64,000 nucleotides of DNA from the human T2T-CHM13v2.0 reference genome, Homo sapiens. The position numbers were made by a program, and so were the translations under genes. The notes under the pieces are model-generated. The model was not told the origin of the DNA and did not search any database. It was given only the letters and a program-made list of their open reading frames with translations. The stretch lies in the NCBI RefSeq assembly GCF_009914755.1, contig NC_060942.1, one strand, 5' to 3'. Shown piece by piece: positions 25,412-49,750 of this stretch (positions are counted from its first letter, which is position 1; the number at the start of each line of letters is the position of its first letter).

Positions 25412-25904
25412 GAGAGAGTTTTGAAATCTTGGTAGAATATACTGGTTCCATGGGAAGCTTTTTGTCTCAAAAAGGACGCTAAACCTTGTATGTCTTCTTT
25501 GGGGCTGACTCCAGCACAAAACCCACTTCCAATTCACAAATGTGAAGAGCCATTTTGTTCCAGGAAAGCCATGAAGTAAGGTGAATGCACATGTTTAGGC
25601 TGAAAGGCAGTCTTCTGTCTGGTTCTCTACAGCTCTCCTCTCCCCCATCCAGGTAAGCACTGCTGACATCTGACACGTACTGCCCTACTGCCTGGGCCCC
25701 CCACATCTCCCCATGCTCATGGACACTCATCATTGTTACCTGCATGCATATCTATTTTCATCATGCAATTCAAGGTGTAGGATAGATCCTTTGTTGCCTG
25801 AGCCACTTGAGTTGGGTTGGTTATGTGCGTATGAAAGCATCCTAACCCACAGAAGCTCACGCGGGAGGAAAGCTGTGAAAGGGACAGCCCTGGCTTACTG
25901 GCTT

Positions 25905-26675
<771 letters not shown>

Positions 26676-27334
26676 TGCATCCTTTCATAATGGTGTGGAC
26701 TGGCAATGCCCTACCTTGTATCATTCACACACAGTGGTTGAGACTCCAGGAGAGGACGGAGTTGGACTATTGTGTCGGACATGAGTTCCCTGGCACTTAC
26801 AGGGAAGAGCACCTAGCCTTCCTGAAGAGAGGCCGGGCCTGGTGGGGGAAAGTAGATCAGGAGGCCTGAGACGGGCTGTGGGAAACCCTGTCCTCTTATG
26901 GGACTCATGGGCTTGGGCTGAATTCTAAAGGGTGTGGACATTCACCATGGGAGGGGTGGTCCCTGACCCACAGGGAGGCAGGGGCACCCAGGAGGAGACA
27001 TCTTTGGCTGTGAGAGGAGCTGCAGTTGTTTGGGGAGTGGCTGTCTGGGTCAGGCTTCCCTTCTAACACGCCCCTGCAGTTCCAGTCAAGTCCTTTGAGG
27101 TCAAGCTCAGTCTCCAGGTGGTGGGAGTTAGAGGCCTGTTCACTCAGGATCAAGGGCAAAGGGGAACCTAGTAGTGGGGTCAGAGGAAGGCTGTGCCCAA
27201 GTAAACGAGGGTCTCCTGAGAACCATGTGGCAGGAGGAGTGGAGGGGGTGGCTGGGCAGAGACTGGAAGGGAGCGGCATGGGGGCAAGCATTATTCTGTT
27301 CAGGCTGCCCTAACAGAACCACAGACTGAGGGCT

Positions 27335-27725
27335 CCATATGGTTTGGATCTGCGTCCCCACCCAAATCCCATTTGGAACTGTGATCCCCAGTATCCGAGG
27401 AGAGGCCTGGCGGGTGGTGGTTGGATCACAGGGTTGGTTTTCCCCCTTGGTGCTGTTTTTGTTGACAGTGAGTGAGTTCTTACGAGATCTGGTTGTTGAA
27501 AAGTGTGTGGCACCTCCCCTTTCACTCTCTTCCGCCTGCTCTGGCCACGTGAGAGAGATGTACCTGCTTCCCCTTCGCCTTCCACCGTGATTAAAAGGTT
27601 CCTGAGGCCTCCCTGTCATGCTTCCTGTGCAGCCTGTGGAACTGCAAGCCAATTAAGCCTCTTTTCTTTGTAAATTACCCAGTCTCAGGTAGTTCTTTAT
27701 AGCCGTGTGAGGACAGACGAACACA
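27335..27725 (+). mobile_element. MST-family solo LTR
   Basis: TSD GGGCT at 27330-27334 and 27726-27730. Confidence 0.85.
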
Positions 27726-27939
27726 GGGCTTAAACAACAGAAACAGGTGGCCTCATGGTTCTGGAGCTAGAAGTCCAAGAGCAAGGTATCGGCAGTGTTG
27801 GCGCCTTCTGATGCTTCGAGGAAGCATCTGTTCCACGCTCTCCCCCAGCTTGGGGGTTGCTGGCCATCTCTGGCATCCTGTGCCTTCATCTTCATGTGGC
27901 ATTCCCCAGTGTGCTTATCTCTGTCCCAGTTTCCCCTTT

Positions 27940-28473
27940 GGTGATGGTTAACATTGAATATCAACTTGATTGGATCGAAGAATGCAAAGTATTTTTCCTG
28001 GGTGTGTCTGTGAGGGTGTTGCCAAAGGAGATTAACATTTGAGTCAGTGGACTGGGAGACAAAGACCCACCCCCAGTCTAGGTGGAGCCGTCTAATCAGC
28101 TGCCAGCAAGGCTAGAATAAAGCAGGCAGGAGAGGATGGAAGAGCAGGCCTGCTGAGTCTTCCGGCCTTCATTTTTCTCCCATGCTGGATGCTTCCTGCC
28201 CTCTAACCTCAGACTCCAAGTTCTTCAGCTTTTGGACTCTTGGACTTATACCAGTGGTTTACCAGGGGCTCTCGGGCCTTTGGCCACAGACTGAAGGCTT
28301 CTTGAGGTTTTGAGGACTGATCCACCACTGGCTTCCTGGCTCCTCAGCTTGCAGATGGCCTATTGTGGGACTTTACCTTGTGATCGTGTGAGTCAGTTCT
28401 CCTTGATAAACTCCCTTTCATACGTACATCTATCCTATTAGTTATGTCCCTCTGGAGAACCCTGTCTAATACA
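27940..28473 (+). mobile_element. MLT2A (HERV-L) solo LTR
   Basis: gtgatggttaacattgaatatcaacttgattgg...gagaaccctgtctaataca; TSD CCTTT at 27935-27939 and 28474-28478. Confidence 0.88.
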
Positions 28474-31400
28474 CCTTTTAATAAGGAAACTAGTTGTATT
28501 GGACGAAAGGCCCACCCTGCCTCAGTGTGAACTCGTCTTAACCAATTACATCTGCAGCAACTCTGTTTCCAAATAAAATCACATTCTGAGGTCCTGGGGG
28601 TTAGGACTTCAACATAAGGATTGGTGGAAGACACAATTCAACCCATAACAGGTCCTGTCCAAGGAACTCCTGGGACAATGCCCTGAGTGTTCTCAGAAAT
28701 AACTACAGGGAGCTCTGTGGGGTGCTCAGAGGCCCAGCCATTGTAGTGACCTCATGGTACGCTTGGATCGGTGATTCCCAAGTTGATCAGTTACATCTTA
28801 GGGACTCACCTGGGATTAGTCCACATCAGGAACTGACTTGGTCCTGGGACTTGGGCTGATTCATGAGTGTCAACAGTGGTGACACACCAGAGCCTTGGAG
28901 CCCAGGGATGAAGCGGACCTGCAGACAATTCTGGGGGTCAGCAAGGAAGCTGGACAGGAAGTGCCCCAACCAACAACTCTAATCCTCTTGGACAGGTCTG
29001 AAGTATTTGCAGGGAAGATGGTGGAAAAAAAAAAAGGAGAGTCTCGGAGTGCAGCACGGCTGGGGCTTGCTGAAAGTGCCACACTGATCCCCAGGGAGAT
29101 GCTTGGGCCTGGCATAAAACTCCTTAATACCTGAACCTTTCCCTGGAGAAGGCCAGTGTGGCCAGAGCTCGTGTAGCCCGCAGCAGCTCCTGGCATGGCC
29201 CAGCCTCCAGACACTTGGGAGATTTGGAAGGAAGATAGTGGAGGAGGCTTCTCAGATTTTAGAAGGAACAGAGGTGCATGAAAAGTCAAGTATCCTGGGG
29301 GAGCACACATGGACACCGGGATGAGTAGGAGTGCTGGGCACCGATGGGCCAGAGGGAGTGAGGCAGGGCCCACCCTTGAGAGTCTTTGTGTTCTTCCAGC
29401 CAGCACTGCTGAAGATACTTGGGAGCTGGGCAGTCCAAGTTACCTGAGTGAGGGAAAGGTACGCATTTCTATGTTAAGGTGGAGACCCAGAGCCAGGAGG
29501 GAGAGGCCCGGGGAAGAGCCAAGGAGAGTAGCAGGGCTCAGCTGTGTCTTGACTGCAGGCAGTGTCTGCTGAGGCTCCAGGACCATAGCACGGGAGGGAC
29601 AGAGGTGGGGCTGGGGCGATGCTGGATCTAGAGCTGGGGTGGGAGCTCTCTTTCCCCAGTGGAGGGGGGGCTGGATCACGGGCTGGCAGGGACCAATCAG
29701 GGCTGATAAGGCAGCATGAGGAAGTGACTGTGGCTGGAGTGGGCCCTCTGGGACCTGTAGGCTGCCCCAGAGTCCAAGGGCACTGAGGGACTGAGCATGG
29801 TCAGGGCTGCTGGCTTTCCCCAGCTGCACCTTAGAATCTGCTGGGGATCAGAATTCGGAAGAATGTTGATGCCAGGGCCTTACCCGAGACCCTGGTTCCA
29901 TTGGCATGGGGTGGGGCCAACGTGAGTATTTCCTTAAGCCTCTAGTGAGTCTGTTGTCCTGCCAGGGTAGAAGATCACAGTGGGTAAAGGACCAGAGGAG
30001 AAATGGAGAGTCCTTTTTTCCAGCTCTTGCTGAAGAAAGGACCCAAGGACTCTGTTTAACACAAAGCTGAAACCAGGGCACTGGCGATTCCAAGAAGAGT
30101 AGGTTCCGACCAATGCTGTCACCTCTACAGCCTGTGGAGAGGGAGGACAGGGCCCTGCGCAGCTCGATGTCACAGTGTCACCGAGGAGCTGGCCTGAGCA
30201 TAGGCCTCATTCCTGGCACAGGAGTTGCTTCCTCTCAGAATTTCTTTATCTGTGGACGAAGGCAGTGACAGGGCAGGACAGCAGCCCCTGAGGCACCCAC
30301 TGCAGCCGCCAGCAGGAGTGGGGGTTGCCCAGGGCCGGGCCCAGCAGGTGCTTCTGGCAGAACACCAAGCAGGGGCCTTGAGGGACCCTGTGGGTGACTT
30401 AGGGGATGAGGCAGGGGTTGGGGGAGCTCCAGGTGCCCCCCACTGCCAGCACACCCTCCTCCCCACTCCCTCAGCAGACAGCGTCTTCCTCGTCAGCCTG
30501 GCTCTTCCACAGGCAGCAAATTCATTAACCTTTCAGCCTCAGCGGCATGGCCAAATACCAAATCACCCCACAGACTATCCAAAGGTTAATCACTTCCCAT
30601 TTCAGTGTCTCGGAGGAGCATGGAGGTCCCTTGCCGTGGTCTCCTCTCCCCATGTACTATTCCCCTTCAGGCTTGATTTCCTATTCATTTAAATCCAGTT
30701 TCAGAGTGAGAACTATCTAAAATGACAGCGTTTTGAGTTTAGAGATTGACATGTTAGGAAAGCACCAGATTCTTAGTCACACTAATTTCTTCCATCAAGT
30801 TAAAAGTTAAAGGCATTTTATAATAGAGGTGCCAGTATTTGTAGAGTGCCCTGCAGTTTATGAAGCTCTTACCTGTTTATCATCTTACCAAATCATTAAG
30901 TTCTGAAGGCAGGTGTAAGTAGATCTGAACCTTGTACCATCTCTGCATGATGGGATACCCGAAGCTTTTCATCTCTAGCCCTCCTTAGAATGAGAGACTT
31001 TTGGTGCACTCAACAGCTGATGGCAAGTGTGATGAGAATGCACCTTTATATCATGGACAGTTTCCAGTAGACCCTGAAGAGGCATCTGTGGTTGACCTCG
31101 GCTGGGCTGATGCAGTGCGAATCCCATCCCATTTTCCTATCTGGCTTCCTCTGCCGTGGGTCTGGCTGGGATTGCCTTCTCTGCAAGGCCTATGTGTGGT
31201 GCCAGGTCCCGGTGAACCAGGCTATGTAGCAGAATCCTGCACACACGTACTGCACCAAGCTCTCCTGTGTATTGGCGTCCTGTCCTCCTATGGTAAGACC
31301 ACCTCATGATTCAGCATGGCCAAGGGGCGTGAGCTCTGTGCTGGAGAGCATGGGAGGGGAGGCTTCTCAGGGGTGGAACGATCTGAGCAAAGACGACCCT

Positions 31401-31599
31401 AACAGCTTCGGTGATCCTCCTTTCTTGCCTTGCTTTTAGCACACATAAACACATGTCGCCTTACATAAATAGGATTGAACCATCCAAACTCCCCGCTCCC
31501 GGTGATCTATATTAACCTAGTGTTGTTTTCTACACTTTCCAATATATACATATTCCTATGGCCTATATGTTCATATAGATAGGTAATTAGCACATGCAC

Positions 31600-40130
<8,531 letters not shown>

Positions 40131-40719
40131 AGATCATATATTATGAATTCTTAGCAACTTGGTTCATGGGGCGGCTCTACCTGATCTTCGAGGACACAAG
40201 TTTAAATCTCATAATGACTGTAATCTCTGTTAATTTATCTGCTTACTGAATTTTGTGAAGTATGTTAAGTGGCCCAGATAAAGACAGGGTTTGCCTGGTC
40301 TGTGCTTCACCAAAAATCACTGGGGTTGGTGTTAGCGGTGGTCACACACTGTGAACAAACGCTGGGTTCATGTCTAGGATCCAATTCTAGTGGGTTATTC
40401 CAAACCAATGGTGTTTATGCAGAGAGCACAGGCAGGAGGTGGGACCCAGGAGCCAAGGCACATGGAAGAAAGGGGCTGTTCTTGGCCGGGACAGGAGGCT
40501 GGGGCTGGGAATGATGTGAAGGCTGGCTCAGGTCTAATTTGGGAGGTGCTGGTAGTAGAATGCGCCTGGGAAAGGTGTGGACGTTTCATGTTGGGTCAGC
40601 TGGGGCCATGGAGCAAGACCTCCCAGGGTGGTGGCCTCTATGAAGGGAAACGTCTACGATGGCCACCGATGAGGAATGAGAGGGAATTGCTTCTAAACTC
40701 CTGTGTTCTCTATGTCTAG

Positions 40720-41070
<351 letters not shown>

Positions 41071-41252
41071 CCTGCACGCATATTTTCTGGAAAAAGTACA
41101 GAAGATTTATTTCATGTTAAGCAAGGGGAATTTTTAGGTTGCATAATTTTAAGAAAGTCTTTTTCACAAGCAATAATAAAAACAGTAAGAATAGGAGTAA
41201 TGAAGAAAATTGAGAAGAAACGACGCGAAGGTTCTCACAGTTTGTCATGAAG

Positions 41253-41266
41253 CCACTAGGGGGCAG
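41253..41266 (+). promoter_or_regulatory. CTCF motif, forward (CCACTAGGGGGCAG)
   Basis: Perfect match to the CCASYAGRKGGCRS consensus in unique sequence with nearby retained CpGs. Confidence 0.72.
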
Positions 41267-41482
41267 GGGAAGACAGCTATTTGGAGCCGCTGAAACCCAT
41301 AGCAAACCCCATCCTTTTTTTTCCCACCAAAGGAAAGCTTGAGTTAAAAAAAAAAAAAAAGTATAGCCCAAACCAAAAATGGCTTTACTATTATCAAGAA
41401 TTTCTAGTTTTGTGAGGTAGCATATATTTTTTATTTAGAGTGTTGAGCATCAAATGCAACTCTAGCTTTAACTTGAAATTCA

Positions 41483-41806
<324 letters not shown>

Positions 41807-42619
41807 TCAGACAGAATTCAAACTTACTGTTTAGTACTGTGCTTCCTGCTTGACCATAGGAATATACAAATACATATATATTGTGGTCACTCTCCTCAAA
41901 GAGTGTTTGGTCAAGTTCGGAAAGTGAGGAACAGATAGTGGACATTTAAAGTGGACACAGCTGCTTTCTTGGTCACTGCCATTTGATTTTGAAGGATCCT
42001 AAACCCAAAGTATGCCCAAGGGAATCAGCTTCAGGTGCAGCTTTGTTCTGGTCTCAGAAAAGTTTGAAATTGTTGCTGCATGATGGATCTTTTCCATTGG
42101 AACTATTCCCGACTCACAGAGCACAAAGACAGACAGTAATGTTATAGTGAACCACTGCCAGGTGCAGTGGAGAAGCACAGTCAGTTACCTCTGCTGGCCC
42201 TTCACAGCTTGTGAGGGCTTTTTAGTTAATTATCTTATGCAGGGAATTAAGCATTTAATGTGACCCTCCTATGGATTGAATTACAGCACCTTTTGACCCT
42301 AAGAGTCTATGATATCCCGACAATCTTATGAGGTAAGGATGAAATATAACATCCCATTCAAAGAAGCTGAGGCTCTGAGGGCTGGCTTCTCCAAGTTCAT
42401 TCATGCAACAAATGTTTATGAGCTCTGTGATAGACCTGAGGAATATTAAGGAGCTCTCAGAATAATAGAGGAAAGGGACATATAAGCTTCAGAACAGAGT
42501 GTGATGTGAGGTGCCATGGAGATGTGTGCAAGGTGCCATGCAAGTAGTGAGGAAAGGTTCCAAGACTCAGCTGATGGAAAGTGACCTGTGGCAGCACAGA
42601 AGTGGTGACTTTTTAATTG

Positions 42620-43570
42620 CCTTAACTATCTCCAAGACACCTGGCAAAAGCAAAATTGAAACCACTATGAAGGGACATGTCTAAGATCCAAGCTGCACAG
42701 AATTCCCACAGAAGACAAAACAGAATAAAACAAGACCATCTCTGAAAGAGAATTTTATAATAAAAAATTATGAAACACTAAAGTATATATTCCATCATGA
42801 GTGAAAGTAAGCATTCATCCCAAACATGGTAGCTTTCAGATAATAAAATGCTCAATTGAAAGAGTATAATATAATATGCTTAAAGTAAAAACCATAGAAG
42901 AGAGGCTAACTAAAGAGGACAACTATGACCAGGTGGATTTGAAAAACAAAAAACAAAATAGAACCTCTAGAAATGAAAAATAGGACCTCTAGAAATGAAA
43001 AATAGGACTGTTTAAACTAAACACTCAGTGGATGAGGTTAAGCAGCTGCTTAGACACAGCTAAAGAAAGAGTTTGTAAATTGGAAGATGGAGCCAAGGGG
43101 AGATAGGGAATATTAAAAGAAACTTAAGAGACATGGGGGTAGAATAACAAGAGCTATCATATCCCTAATAAGAATTTTAAGAGAGAATAGAAAAAAATAA
43201 GATGATGGCAATTCTCAAAGAGACAATGGCTGAAATTTTTAAAAGAATTGATAGGAGATATGATTCCACAGGTTCAAGCAGCAAAGAACCCTGAAATAAA
43301 AATAAAGGCACAGCTGGACACATGAAAATAAAACTGTAGAATAGCAGAGAGGGAAAAAGGGGATTAAATTTATCTGGATCAAGAAATGAGAGAGAGAGAC
43401 AGAGAGAGAGGGAGAGAGCTTATCTACAAAAGAATGACATTGCTAGATTAACAACAGCCTCCTCAGTATCTACAAGAGAAGTCAGAAGACAAGGCACAAG
43501 CTAACAGAAAATAACTACCAGTGTAGACTTCAAAACCTAGTTAAACTATTTTTCAACTTTAAGGGCAAAA
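42620..43570 (+). mobile_element. Old L1M 5'/ORF1 relic
   Basis: A-rich; acaatggctgaaattttt and agaagtcagaagaca are ORF1-like motifs. Confidence 0.6.
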
Positions 43571-43572
43571 TA

Positions 43573-43823
43573 CAGTCCATCCTCTGTATTTGCAGGTTCC
43601 ACATCCATAGATTCAATCAACCATGGATTGAGAATATTAAGAAAAAAAAGACACAACGATACAACAGAAAAAAATACTGATTAAGAACAACACATATAAA
43701 AAGGAGGATATGCATAGGTTATATTCAAATACAATGCCATTTTATATAATGCATTATAACATCTGTAGATTTTGGTATCTGCAGGGAGTTTTGGAATATT
43801 CTGCAGATACCAAGGGAGAACTG
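43573..43823. mobile_element. MER2 (TcMar-Tigger) DNA transposon
   Basis: TA|cagtccatcctctgtatttgcag...ctgcagataccaagggagaactg|TA terminal inverted repeats with TA TSD. Confidence 0.8.
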
Positions 43824-43826
43824 TAA

Positions 43827-44148
<322 letters not shown>

Positions 44149-44661
44149 TGTAAATAAATCTTTAATCAAATAAAAATTGTGAGTTTACTCCTAGCAGGTC
44201 CTCCCTGAAAGAAACACTAAAAAGTGTACTTTACAGAACAAAAATAAGTTGAGTATAAAAGGAATGAGTAGAATGCAGGAAGGCTCCTATTTTCCCAGTC
44301 ATTTTTCTCCCTCCACCTCCTATCTCACAGTTAAAAGGGACTGGTGAGGAGAATGTACACCGGATGGCGATGGCAGGAGAACACAATGGGTCCTTCTGTC
44401 GTCCAACTGTCCCGACACTCCCCTGATCTTTGTCTACAGGGCTCACTGTGTTCTGAACACCTCTGGCTGGGGTCCACCTCAGCCCTCCCTCCCAGGGCTG
44501 AAGGTGTACGTGGCATCCACAGGGTCCCTAAACTGCATCAGAGGAACTCTAAACTGTGTAGACTGCTCAGGCTCGAGAGATAGCCATAATTTCTGGTTTG
44601 GCAAGGGAATCTCCCAGATGTCTTCTGCTATCTCCCCAGCAATATCCCATTCATAGAGGAT

Positions 44662-45132
44662 GCTTGACTTTGGGTTCCCTTTGAATCAGACTCTAAGACA
44701 AGATTCCAGATCATGTCGTTTATTTGAAAGATAAGACCCCAGGAGATGCTGGCAGGGGAGTGGGGAAGTGAGACAGGAAGAGAAGGCAGCCAGTAAAGCC
44801 TGTGTTATCCATTCAGCTACCACTGTGGGTGACTGAAGCTTAATTCCACTTGGGAAACTCTAGAAGCCAGTGTAGAACACACACATCGGAGTTTTTACCT
44901 GAAAAGCAAGGGAGCTGGGGTATATATATATACCAATTGTCAATCATCGTTGGGTGGCTGTTCCCAGGGGCATCAACTCCCTAGCACTTCAGGCAGTGGC
45001 ACAGGTAGCAAAGGGAGCTCCAGGGCAAGAGAAAGTCCTCAGGCCATGTGCTGGCAGCTACCATGGGAGCCTGTCAGCACTGAAGAAGAAGGACAAGGGA
45101 AGGTATATTGGAATCTGGCAGCATCTACTATA
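44662..45132. mobile_element. LTR33-like ERVL LTR
   Basis: gggttccc...cagactctaagacaagatt...tttatttg...ggggagtggggaagtgagacagg. Confidence 0.6.
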
Positions 45133-46169
45133 CCCCCTTAATTCAATACCTTTTGGGCAAATGCACTTTTTTACAGGTGAAGAGAGAAAGACCCCAATAA
45201 ACTCAGGGCAATAATTGGTTGTCTTCCTCATAGATAATAAGTTCTTTAGAACTTCCTATTTCTTACTGATATTTTCCAAATGAACCCCTGTCCCCAGCTC
45301 CCAGTTCTCTGGCAAACATTGGGAGGGGGTGCAGGCAGCCTGGAGCTTTTCACAATCACTAAAGTGACAGAATCTAAAAACGCCCAAGTGCGTGATTTGG
45401 CCACTGGCTTTGCTAATGGCCTAGCAGGCAGTCCAGCAGGTGGACCTGTGCTCCGAAAACCACACAGGTGCAGCTGGCTCTGAAAACAGCAGGTGATGAA
45501 TTCCAAAGAAGCAGGAAATCCAGGGTACTTCAACTTATCACTGACTTAAAATACAAAAACGAGGACACACGTTTATGTTACTGATATTTGCCCAGACTTG
45601 AGTACTATAAAAAGAACTGGAGAGAAATAGAATTAGAAACATACCTTTTGGCACTCCTAAAATAAATTGGAATAAAAAGCCTTTGAGAGTGACAGGAAGA
45701 GAACACTGGGGCAGATGGCATTGCACTCTGTAATTTAGCCTTGGCCATAACCACAGTTGGGGTGACCTGTCCTAGCTCATAGAATAACTTTAATGACCCT
45801 GTTCTTTCCCTTCTTTTGTTCATTTCTATGGCCTACAATTTTATTTTAAATGCATGGTATTTTATAAAGTCTGTAATAGCTTGGATATTTATTATTCAAA
45901 AGGAAGGTTGAGTTAGTTACCTCACCTGTAAAGTAAAGATGCTAACCCTTGCACCTCATTTCACCTTCCTCTTGCTCAAGAGGCAGGATCTCAGTTGAGA
46001 GCCCTGTATGTCTTGGCAGCTGTAAATGAAACTAGTTAAAAAAATTTATGAATTTTCCCATTTTTACTAGAAAAGAAGAGAATTATATCATCAATGCTTC
46101 TGTCCCTAAACCGAGACAAGCCACATTACTTGATGAGAGTCTTGTTATACTTCATTATCAATTTTTCAG

Positions 46170-46460
46170 CTTTCCATCATCCATTCCACCCATTAATCTA
46201 TCATTTCATCCACCTACTCATTATTCCGTCACATCCAGCCAGCCAGTCAGTCAACCAACCGTCCTTTCTTCCATCCCAAACTTACTTCCATTTATCCATC
46301 CAACCAACCTAAGAATTCCCCTGTCTTCTTTCTGTCCTTTGTCTTCCCTTCTTTCTTTTCTCCCTCCATCCCTTCTTTTCCACCTTTTTTTCATTAGTGC
46401 ATCACAATCTATCAATCTATCTGTCTGTCTATCCATCCATCCATCCATCCATCCATTTAT
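46170..46460. repeat. Degenerate (TCCA)n/(TCTA)n low-complexity tract
   Basis: atccatccatccatccatc and variants. Confidence 0.8.
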
Positions 46461-47599
46461 CACAACCATCCAAAACTAATTAATATCACTGGTCTAAGTA
46501 CTAAGCTAAATAAGCATTGAAATACAGAGTTAAAATGGTCTTACCGTCAAACAGTTTATCCTTTAATAACATTTTTTAAAATCTAGGAATGGTATCTATT
46601 TTTTCTTCTGTTTATTTAAATGGAAATAATTTTCTCTAGAAATATTTGTGAATCTCCTCACATTTAGTAGTAAGGACATTTGTGGGGAAAGTGAAAAGTG
46701 AATTCTTGAGAATTGTTCTGCGATTCAATGTGGGGGCCATCAAGCAAGTGGCTTCCAAGGGATGCTTCCCTGTTTAGCGTTTCCTTCTGTGGGTTTTTAA
46801 AAATCACCCAGTTTTGTGGGTGAAAATAATATTTCAGTGTTTGCTTTTTGTGAATGTGGCCCAGATTTTCTTTTGGGTTATTTCTTTTTCTTTTCTTCCT
46901 TTTTCTGGGAGCTCTTTATATATTAGGAAGATTAGGCCTTGTTTTTTATATGAATTACAAAAATTTTTTTTTCATTTGACATTTAAAAATTTAGCATATA
47001 GTAGTTTTTTCATTTTCATGCAAAAGGTTTAAAAATGTAGTGGAACATGTTAGTCTCTTTCTGTATGCTCCTGGATTTCGAAAAGGGGTGTTCTGGAGAG
47101 AGTATACCCTGGGCCTCTGCAAACCCATGGGCTCTGGGAGCCCAGAACTGTGCTGTGTGCCGTCCTGACCAAGCACCTGCTCCAGGTGACGGAGGGCGCT
47201 GCAGCTCCTTGGATTGGCTGCCTTCTCCTTTTCTTTTTGTTGAGCTTGGTTTCATGGGAACAGGAGCACTGTAAATATCTCACAAATCTATTTCAGAGGG
47301 AACGGAATTAGGAGTGGGCTTATGTCAGAAAAACAATACTACCAGGCCTCAGAATTCTGCGCCCTCCCTGCCCCTTCCCGCCTACCGCCCGGGAGGTCTC
47401 GCCTTGGGCTGCAGTGTGCGGACCGGCCAGAGGGGGCAGCACGGCCCAGTGGCAGGAGGTGTGCCCCGAGTGCGAGGGGGTCTTGAGCGCACTGCACGTG
47501 CTTTCGACTGCACTGAGCACAGCTCGGTAAATTACAAACTACGTCCTACCGAAGCAGATCCATTCGACCTCCCTCAGAAAGGAAGGATGCATGTGGATG

Positions 47600-47955
47600 A
47601 TGCGTCTCACTCTTGTACTCAAGGGATCCCCACTCCTCAGCCTCCCAAAGTGCTGAGATTACAGGCGTGAGCCACCGCGCCCGGCCTCAGAATTTCATTC
47701 CTTTTGAAAATTCGGCAATATTCCACGAAATATATGTACCATGTTTTGTTTATCCATTCAGCTGCTGATGGACATCTGGGTTGTTTCCACCTTTGGGCCC
47801 TTGTAAATAGCTGCTATGAATGCTGCTGCGAACCCTGGTGTACATGTATCTGCTTGAGTCCCTCCCTCCAGCCATTGGAGTGCACACCTCGTAGTGGAAT
47901 TGCTGGGTCTTATGGTAATTCTTATTTAACTTTCCGAGGAACTGCCAAACTTCTT
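47600..47955 (-). mobile_element. Alu 5' fragment followed by an L1M 3' fragment
   Basis: cctcccaaagtgctgagattacaggcgtgagccaccgcgcccggcc, then gatggacatctgggttgtttccac. Confidence 0.8.
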
Positions 47956-48524
47956 TTATTTTTAAACAGGAGATTTATTTTTCCTCACTCAGGATCCTGG
48001 GCACACATCAGCTTGCTCATTATTTCCCTGGGCCAATGAGCAGGATTTTTCCAGCCTCTTCTCCCTGGTGCATCGCCTTTCTAGGGTCTGGTTCATGCAG
48101 GGGCTCAGCAATCTGTCCCACCTCACACAAACCCAAAGCCACACCCCATGAAGGAGAGGACATGTGGCATTTGCTCATGGATCTGTCTTCTCCTTATGTT
48201 GACTTTGCAACAGTCTTTGACCCAGCAGCCCGCCTCTTCCTTCTAGAACCACTTTCCACTTTTATTTCCTTCATCGTTTCTCCATCTCTAACAATATAAG
48301 TTGTGAGGACAGGGACATTTTCTCTCTTGTTTTCTATTGCAGCCTCCCAGCACAAAATGGTACCTGGCACACAGTAGGTGCTTAGAAATATTTGGTGAAT
48401 AAGAGAAAGTGCTAAATCTTTTCTATACGTCGTCTCATTTAATGCTTATAACAACTCTATGAAGGGATAATTATCCTATTTTATACTCAAAAACAGGACC
48501 AGAGAGTTTAAGTAACTTCCCTAA

Positions 48525-49134
<610 letters not shown>

Positions 49135-49382
49135 AAGGACCCTCTCCTTTATGTCCCACAGCAATGCAGAGGTCAGGCAGTGACATTTAATAGGACTTTA
49201 TTCATAGTTTGAGGCTAATGAAAGCACAAAACTGAAAAAAAAAATGACAAACATCCTTGGGCTCAGATCCATCCCAGGGCTCCTCGCTGGGCCACGCTGG
49301 CCTCCCAACCAGCCTGGCCCCCAGGGCCTTTACAAGCCAAGCAGCTCACCCGCCTCCCCAGCACACCCCAAGCATCTCTCTC

Positions 49383-49750
49383 GTGTTAGTCCGCTCGGCC
49401 TGTCATAACAAATTACTACAGACTGGCAGCTTAAGCAATGGAAATGTATTTCCTGGAGGCTGGTTCTGGAGGCTAGATGTCTGAGATCAAGGTGTTGGCA
49501 GGAATGGGTTCTTCTGAGGCCCCCCTCCTCAGCTTGTAGATGCCGCCTTCTGCCTGTCTTCGCGTGGTCGCCTCTCTGTGTGTATCTGTGTCCTATCTCT
49601 TCTGCTTATAAGGACATAGTCACATTAGATTAGGGCCCATTCTGACAACCTCATTTTAACTTAATTGACTCTTTAAAATCTCCACTTCCAAATGCAGTCA
49701 CATCATGAGGTACTGCCAGCTAGAACTTTAATATATGAATTTGGGGGGGC
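49383..49750 (-). mobile_element. MLT1 MaLR LTR
   Basis: ttctggaggctagatgtctgagatcaaggtgttggcagg. Confidence 0.8.

Larger units (their letters stand above)
27287..28650 (-). mobile_element. MLT1(C-like) LTR host, split by two younger LTRs
   Basis: Segments ~27287-27334, 27726-27939 and 28474-28650 rejoin into a continuous MLT1 ending caacccataaca. Confidence 0.75.

Noticed and set aside
28870-30692. ORFs of 129-178 aa in GC-rich unique DNA
   Set aside because: No recognisable protein similarity; length is compatible with chance at this GC content.
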